A stretch of 64,000 nucleotides of DNA. Source: Desulfurivibrio sp. (GTDB lineage: Bacteria > Desulfobacterota > Desulfobulbia > Desulfobulbales > SURF-16). Position numbers and translations under genes: made by a program. The stretch lies in contig QZKJ01000007.1 in assembly GCA_003605035.1 (NCBI GenBank), positions 41,560 through 105,559 of the forward strand, given 5' to 3'. The notes beneath the pieces were generated by a model. It was not told where the DNA came from and did no database searches. It was given only the letters and a program-made list of their open reading frames with translations. Shown piece by piece: positions 58,355 to 64,000 of the stretch (its first letter is position 1; each line of letters starts with the position of its first letter).

Positions 58355-58380
58355 GTAAATTTTCAGTTTTTACGAATCCA
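58355..58380 (+). promoter_or_regulatory. Conserved 26-nt box, copy 2 (upstream of hdrA)
   Basis: GTAAATTTTCAGTTTTTACGAATCCA begins 4 nt after the fdhA stop and lies about 80 nt upstream of the hdrA ATG. Confidence 0.5.
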
Positions 58381-58460
58381 TTAAATCAATAACTTGATCG
58401 CCCCTGCAGCTCTTTTGCCTGCTGAACAGGACGGTCGGCAATCCATACACGGAGTAAACC

Positions 58461-61400
58461 ATGGGTCACGCAGAAGAAAGTAAATCGGGAGCAGTGCTGG
58501 TCGTAGGCGGCGGAGTCGCCGGCGTCCAGGCGGCCCTCGACCTGACCGAACTCGGCTATTATGTTTATCTGGTTGAAAAATCAGCGGCTGTGGGTGGCGC
58601 CATGGCCCAGCTTGACAAAACCTTCCCAACCAATGACTGCTCACTCTGAATTCTCGCGCCGAAGCTGGTAGAGGCCGGTCGGTCTCCCAATATCGAAATA
58701 CTGAGCAACGCCGATTTCCTTTCCCTGGCTGGCAAGCCCGGGGATTTCCAGGCCAGGATCCGCCTGAACCCCCGCTACATCGATGCGGACAAATGTACAG
58801 CCTGCGGACTGTGCACCCAATACTGCCCGCGGCATATGGTGGATGCCTATAACGAGGGGCTGAAAATCACCCGGCCCATTCATATCGATTATCCCCAGGC
58901 CGTGCCGGCCACCTATTACATTGATCCCGGCGCCTGCCTGCATCTCAAGCATGGCACCTGTAAAATCTGTGTGCCGGTATGCCGCAGCCACGCCATTGAT
59001 TTCAGCCAGCAGCCCGAGGAACGCACCCTGCAGGTCGGGGCGGTGATCATGGCCCCGGGTTTTGGCAAGGTGCCGGATAAGGCCCTGGAGAAATACAGCT
59101 ACGGCAAGCATCCCGACGTGGTCACCAGCATCGAGTTTGAAAGGCTGCTCAATCCTTCCGGCCCCTTCCAGGGCGAGGTCCGCTGCATCTCCGACCATCG
59201 TCATCCGCACAAAATCGCCTTTATTCAGTGCGTCGGCTCCCGGGACATCGGCTGTGACAACGGCTACTGTTCATCGGTCTGCTGCATGTACTCCATCAAA
59301 GAGGCCATGGTGGCCAAGGAGCATGATCCGGACTGTGAGATCACCATCTTCTACATGGACATGCGCACCCAGGGCAAGGATTTTGACGCGGCCCGCACCC
59401 GGGCTGAAGAGCAGTTCGGCATCAAGTTTGTCCGGGCCAAGGTGGCTGATGTCATGCCGTGGGGCAAACAGCTGAAACTGACCTACTCCACCCTGGCCGC
59501 CAGTCACCATTTCGAGGCCTTTGACATGGTGGTCCTCTCCGTCGGGCTTGACTCGCCCAAAAGCGCAGGGGAGCTGGCGCAGATCGGCGGTTTCGCGCTC
59601 AATAAATACGATTTCTGCCAGACCGATACCTTTGCCCCGCTCAATACCAGCAGGGAAGGCATCTTTGTGGCCGGCGCCTTTCAGGGACCGAAAGACATCC
59701 CGGAAAGCGTCACCCAGTCCAGCGCCGCCGCCGGTATTGCCTCAGCCCTGATCAAACAGCAGCGCGGCACCGGCATTGTGCATAAGGCCTATCCCGACGA
59801 ACAGCAGGTCAAGGCCGGGGATGAGGTGCGCATCGGCGTGTTTGTCTGCCGCTGCGGCATCAACATTGCCGGTACGGTTGATGTGCCGCAGGTGGTCGAT
59901 TATGCCGGCAACATGGAAAACGTCGTCTATTTCAGCGACAGCCTGTACAGTTGCTCCCAGGATGCCCAGGAGGTGATCAAGGAGCAGATCAAAAAACACA
60001 AGTTGAATCGCATCGTCATGGCCGCCTGCTCGCCGCGGACCCACGAGCCGCTTTTCCAGGAGACCCTGAAAGACGCCGGCCTCAACCGCTCGCTGTTTGA
60101 GATGGTCAATATCCGCGACCAGTGCTCCTGGGTGCATGCCAATGAACCGGACGAGGCAACGGATAAGTCCAGGGATCTGGTCCGCATGGGGGTTGCCAAG
60201 GCCCGGCTGAGCCAGCCCCTGCCCGAACAGACCGTGCCCGTCACCCCCCAGGCCCTGATTATCGGCGGCGGGGTGGCTGGCCTTACCGCGGCCGAGAACC
60301 TGGCCAATCAGGGGTTCCAGTGCTATCTCATTGAAAAAAATGACAGACTGGGCGGTCATGCGGTCAAGGCCCAGGATACCCTGCAGGGCGAAAACACCGC
60401 GAAGATGATGCAGGAACTGATTCATCGCGTGCAGCAGCATGAGAAGATCGAGGTGATGGCCGGGGCCGAGCTGGCGGCGGTCAACGGTTTTGTCGGCAAC
60501 TTTTCCTCGGTGGTCAAAATGACCAGAGGCACTGAGGAGACGGAACAGACCATTGATCACGGGGTGATTATCATCGCCACCGGCGGCAGGGAACACCGGC
60601 CGGACAGGTATCTGCTCGGTCAGGTGAAAAAGGTCGTCACCCAGCAGGAGCTGGAGACCCGTCTGGCCGGCAAGGCCAGGGACCGGGCTCCGGAATCGGT
60701 GCTGATGATCCAGTGCGCCGGTTCCCGCGGGGATGATCTCAAGTACTGCAGCAAGGTATGCTGTAATACGGCCGTAAAAAATGCCTTGAAGATCAAGGAG
60801 ATCAATCCCGCCTCCCAGGTGATTGTCCTGTACCGGGATATGCGCACCTATGGGTATGCCGAGGACGCCTATCAGCTGGCCCGCGAAAAAGGGGTGGTTT
60901 TCATCCCCTACGAGCTGGACCGCAAGCCCGAGGTGGAAAAGAAGGGCAACAGGGTGCAGGTCAACTTCTTTGATCCCATCCTGCAGGAAGATGTCTCGCT
61001 CAGTCCCGAACTGATTGTGCTCAGTGTCGGCATTGTGCCGGAGGATACGGAAAACCTCAGCAAGCTGCTGAAGATCCCGGTCAATGAAAACAAATTCTAT
61101 CTGGAGGCCCACGTTAAACTGCGGCCGGTGGAGCTTGCCGTGGATGGCGTCTATGTCTGCGGGCTGGCCCATTCCCCCAAACCCCTGGACGAGGTGATTG
61201 TCCAGGCCCAGGCCGCGGCTGCCAAGGCCTCCATCCCGCTGATCAAGGGCTTTGTCTCCGTTGAGCCGATCGTCTCCTCGGTGGACCAGGAGATCTGTAT
61301 CGGCTGCGGCATCTGCGCCGGCCTCTGTCCCTATCAGGCAATCCAGATGATCAAGGTGGACAACAAAAAGAAGGCGGAAACCATTGCCGCCTCCTGCAAG

Positions 61401-61505
61401 GGGTGCGGCATCTGCTCTTCCCGCTGCCCGACCTTTGCCATCTCCATGGGCGGTTTTACCCGGGAACAGATCAATGCCCAGATCAAGGCGTTCGGGGAAA
61501 TTTGA
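58461..61505 (+). CDS. hdrA: Selenocysteine-containing heterodisulfide reductase subunit A-like flavoprotein, tandem double-HdrA architecture (UGA-Sec at 58647-58649)
   Basis: Track ORFs 58461..58649 and 58836..61505 are in the same frame. My hand translation across the gap gives ...[28 protein letters not shown]..., the HdrA NDCSMC(I) motif with U at the second Cys. There are two GxGxxG modules ([15 protein letters not shown] at aa 14 and [15 protein letters not shown] at about aa 600), several ferredoxin CxxCxxCxxxCP motifs, and the internal CRCGINI domain. Confidence 0.9.
58671..58686 (+). other. SECIS-like hairpin downstream of the hdrA UGA
   Basis: GAGGCC-GGUC-GGUCUC forms a 6-bp stem (including one G-U pair) with a GGUC loop, as in E. 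coli fdhF. It begins 21 nt after the UGA. Confidence 0.5.
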
Positions 61506-61510
61506 AAAAA

Positions 61511-61607
61511 CCAGGTGTTCAGGTGTTTAGTCTGTAGTCTTTTAGTCATAGTCTTTCAGCTAAACACCTAATAACCTAAACATCTAAACACCTAAATACC
61601 TAAACGA
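61511..61607. repeat. Intergenic element of the same family as 31709-31880: a hairpin plus an 8-bp-periodic CTAAAnnn array
   Basis: CAGGTGTT occurs twice. AGGTGTTTAG (61521-61530) pairs with CTAAACACCT (61560-61569). TAGTCTGTAG is shared with position 31721. Six 8-mers (CTAAACAC CTAATAAC CTAAACAT CTAAACAC CTAAATAC CTAAACGA) occupy 61560-61607. Confidence 0.85.
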
Positions 61608-61615
61608 GGTATCGA

Positions 61616-62215
61616 ATGACCATTGAAGAATTCAACCCCAAGATCCTGGGGTTTCTCTGTAACTGGTGCTGTTACGCCGCCGCCGATGCGGCAGGGGTCT
61701 CCCGTTACCAGTATCCGCCCAACCTGCGCACCATCAGGGTCATGTGCACCGGACGCATCGACCCCGCCTTTATCCTGCAGGGTTTTGCCGAGGGCGCGGC
61801 CGGCATCTTCACCGGCGGCTGACAGCTTGGTGAATGCCATTACCAGGTTGGTAATTACGACGCCATGAGTGTCAATGCGCTGGTCAAGCGGGTGCTGGAG
61901 GGCATCGGGGTAAATCCCGCCCGTTATAATCTGCAGTGGGCCTCAGCTGCCGAGGCCCCACGCTTTGTCAAGCTCATCACCGAGTTTACCAAAAAGATTC
62001 GCGAGCTGGGGCCGCTCGGTCATGCCGAGGGCATCAAGCCCGATGAGCTCAAGGCGCGGATCAACAAGGCAGTTGAGCTGGTCAACAGCCAGAAGCTGCG
62101 CATGAGCTTCGGCACCACTACCAGGGCCCTGCGCAAGGACAATGATTACAGCGATGCCCATATCGTGGAAGTGATTGATGCCAAGCTGGGCAAGGCCATT
62201 GCCGGCGGTCTGTAA
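61616..62215 (+). CDS. mvhD: Selenocysteine-containing MvhD/VhuD-like [2Fe-2S] electron-transfer protein (UGA-Sec at 61820-61822)
   Basis: Track ORFs 61616..61822 and 61865..62215 are in the same frame. The junction reads ...GAAGIFTGG-U-QLGECHYQVGNY, the MvhD GCxxGxCHY motif with U at the first Cys. The N-terminus is also MvhD-like (KILGFLCNWCCY...RVMCTGRIDP). Confidence 0.88.
61839..61855 (+). other. SECIS-like hairpin downstream of the mvhD UGA
   Basis: ATTACC-AGGTT-GGTAAT begins 16 nt after the UGA. Confidence 0.5.
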
Positions 62216-62219
62216 CAAG

Positions 62220-62290
62220 GCGTTCCAGCTTAAGCGATCAAGCGTTCCAACATTTAAACGCTTGATCGCTGGAACGCTGGAACGTTTCTT
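62220..62290 (+). terminator. Strong compound hairpin plus T-rich tail after mvhD
   Basis: The inner 12-bp stem pairs GCGATCAAGCGT with ACGCTTGATCGC. The outer 8-bp stem pairs GCGTTCCA with TGGAACGC. TGGAACGTTTCTT follows. Confidence 0.7.
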
Positions 62291-64000
62291 ATGAAACTCG
62301 GTATTGATACCGGCGGCACCTTTACTGATTTTCTTCTGCTCACCGACCAGGGAATTGCCACCCACAAGGTCTCTTCCACCCCTGACGACCCCGGCCGGGC
62401 CATCCTGGCCGGCCTCCGTCATTTCTTCCCCGCCCCAGACCTCCCGCCCGGCTTTTGCCTGCCGGATAATCTGGAAATCATCCATGGCACCACGGTGGGC
62501 ACCAATGCCCTGCTGCAGCGCAAGGGGGCGCGAACCCTGCTGGTGACCACCCGGGGGTTTGAGGATGTGCTGGCCATCGGCCGGCAGAACCGGGCCAGTC
62601 TGTACGATCTCCAGCAGGAGCGTCCGGCGGAGATCATCGGCCGCGCTGACTGCGTCGGGGTAAAGGAGCGCCTGCGCTGGGACGGTTCGGTGCAGACCCC
62701 GCTGGCCCCAAGCGCGGGCAAAAGGCTGCGCCGGCTCTGCCGGCAGCAGGGCATCGAGGCCGTTGCCGTCTGTCTGCTCCATTCCTATGCCAACAGCGCC
62801 CATGAAAGGATGCTGGCCGACGAGTTGCGCCGCCTGGCCATCCCGGTAAGCATCTCGTCAGAGGTGCTGCCGGAGTTCCGGGAATACGAGCGGCTGACCA
62901 CCACCCTGATCAATGCCTATCTGGCCCCGCTCATCTCCTCCTATATCAAGCGCCTGACGGCAAAACTCGGGGACATTCCCCTCTATATCCAGCAGTCGGG
63001 CGGCGGGGTGCTGCCAGGCGAAACCGTCGGGGAGCGGGCGGTGCATACCGTGCTGTCCGGCCCGGCCGGCGGGGTGCACGGCGCCTTTCAGCTGGCAGCG
63101 GAGATGGGGCGGGAGAAGATCATCACCTTTGACATGGGCGGCACCTCAACCGATGTCTCCCTCTGTGACGGCCAGCCCACCCTTACCCGTGACTACCGCC
63201 TTGATTCCTATCCGCTGCGCATCCAGGTGATGGATATTCACACCGTGGGGGCCGGCGGCGGCTCCATCGCCAGGCTTGATGCGGGCGGCCTGCTGCATGT
63301 CGGCCCGCAGAGCGCCGGAGCTGATCCCGGCCCGGTCTGTTACGGGACAGGGGAAGAGCTGACCGTCACCGATGCCAATCTCTTCCTCGGCCGGCTGCTG
63401 GCCGACCGCTTTCTGGGGGGCGCCATGCCGCTTCTGTCTGAGCGGGTGAAGCGGAAAATGACCGAACTGGGCCGCCGCCTCGGCCTGTCCGCCCGGGACA
63501 CCGCGCTCGGCATCATCCGTCTGGTCAACATCGGCATGGCCAAGGCCATCCGCGCGGTTTCCCTGGAGCGGGGTCATGATCCCAAGGAGTTCACCCTCTT
63601 TTCCTTTGGCGGCGCTTCGGGTCTGCACTGCTGTGAACTGGCCGCCGAACTCGGCATCACGGAAATAGTGGTGCCGGCCAGGGCAGGCATCCTGTCCGCC
63701 CAGGGCATGGTCATGGCTGACCCGGCGCTCGATGCCAGTCAGTCGCTTTTTCTGCGGGGCAGACAGCTTGACGGCTCGCTGCTGGCTGAACGCTTTGCCC
63801 GGCTGGTGGCGGACAAGAAAAAAGAGATCCTGCAGCTGTGCCGCTCAGGCAGGCTCAGCATCGCACGATTCGTGGACATCCGTTACCAGGGCCAGTCCTT
63901 TGAACTGACCGTGCCCTATGACGATCATTGTACCGATACCTTTCATGCGATGCACCGGCAGCAGTTCGGTTACGCGCTGCCGGATGCTCCTCTGGAAGTG
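62291..64000 (+). CDS. Hydantoinase A / oxoprolinase-family (HyuA-like) ATP-dependent hydrolase or carboxylase subunit, 3' partial
   Basis: It is not in the ORF track because it has no stop inside the window. My hand translation from ATG 62291 gives MKLGIDTGGTFTDFLLLTDQ...IIHGTTVGTNALLQRKGA...FDMGGTSTDVSL...DIHTVGAGGGSIA.... The frame stays open to position 64000. Confidence 0.9.
   Translation, partial: MKLGIDTGGTFTDFLLLTDQGIATHKVSSTPDDPGRAILAGLRHFFPAPDLPPGFCLPDNLEIIHGTTVGTNALLQRKGARTLLVTTRGFEDVLAIGRQNRASLYDLQQERPAEIIGRADCVGVKERLRWDGSVQTPLAPSAGKRLRRLCRQQGIEAVAVCLLHSYANSAHERMLADELRRLAIPVSISSEVLPEFREYERLTTTLINAYLAPLISSYIKRLTAKLGDIPLYIQQSGGGVLPGETVGERAVHTVLSGPAGGVHGAFQLAAEMGREKIITFDMGGTSTDVSLCDGQPTLTRDYRLDSYPLRIQVMDIHTVGAGGGSIARLDAGGLLHVGPQSAGADPGPVCYGTGEELTVTDANLFLGRLLADRFLGGAMPLLSERVKRKMTELGRRLGLSARDTALGIIRLVNIGMAKAIRAVSLERGHDPKEFTLFSFGGASGLHCCELAAELGITEIVVPARAGILSAQGMVMADPALDASQSLFLRGRQLDGSLLAERFARLVADKKKEILQLCRSGRLSIARFVDIRYQGQSFELTVPYDDHCTDTFHAMHRQQFGYALPDAPLEV

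Overview
This is a 64-kb chromosomal window from a fairly GC-rich anaerobe. The gene content (N-type ATPase, bacterial Wood-Ljungdahl genes, Sec-containing HdrA/MvhD) suggests a Desulfobacterota/deltaproteobacterial lineage, but that is inference only. No transposase, integrase, CRISPR array, rRNA or tRNA was recognised.

Layout:
(1) 1-6483, minus strand: a complete N-type ATPase operon, atpD-C-Q-R-B-E-F-A-G. atpG runs off the window start and is absent from the ORF track.
(2) 6715-17261, minus strand: a seven-gene Wsp-like chemosensory operon (cheW, cheR-TPR, cheW, MCP, cheA-REC, cheB, REC-PAS-GGDEF-EAL). The EAL domain of the output protein has lost its catalytic residues.
(3) 18.1-22.5 kb: a TlpA-like thiol:disulfide oxidoreductase lies divergent from an AT-richer segment. 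That segment has a long GGA-rich leader and two secreted acidic proteins I cannot assign to any family.
(4) 22.8-40.2 kb: housekeeping and signalling genes (pgm, YkgJ-like, PAS-GGDEF, HDOD, YhdH-like reductase, a hypothetical, Gfo/Idh/MocA, lpxB, a CheY-like regulator, mutY, trmJ-like, leuB, uvrC, nifU, nifS, thyX).
(5) 40.4-62.2 kb: a Wood-Ljungdahl block, fhs, a pilB/gspE-like ATPase, folD, cooS, a metF::acsD fusion, acsB, acsC, fdhA, hdrA, mvhD.
(6) 62291 to the window end: hydantoinase A-like gene, 3' partial.

Main points:
- Three apparent stops in the ORF track (TGA at 56717, 58647 and 61820) are best read as selenocysteine codons. Each sits in a conserved Cys/Sec motif and is followed by a SECIS-like hairpin. 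This merges six track ORFs into three genes: fdhA (1371 aa, fused to 2Fe-2S and GltD-like modules), a tandem double hdrA (1014 aa) and mvhD (199 aa).
- MetF is fused to AcsD through a linker of about 280 aa containing an Ala/Lys/Glu repeat, with an in-frame internal SD+ATG.
- An orphan PilB-like ATPase inside the cluster carries both an MshEN-type c-di-GMP motif pair and a C-terminal cNMP-binding domain.
- Two dispersed intergenic repeat families and a 26-nt box shared by the fdhA and hdrA upstream regions are not explained by the coding features.
- The many long antisense ORFs are GC-driven artefacts.
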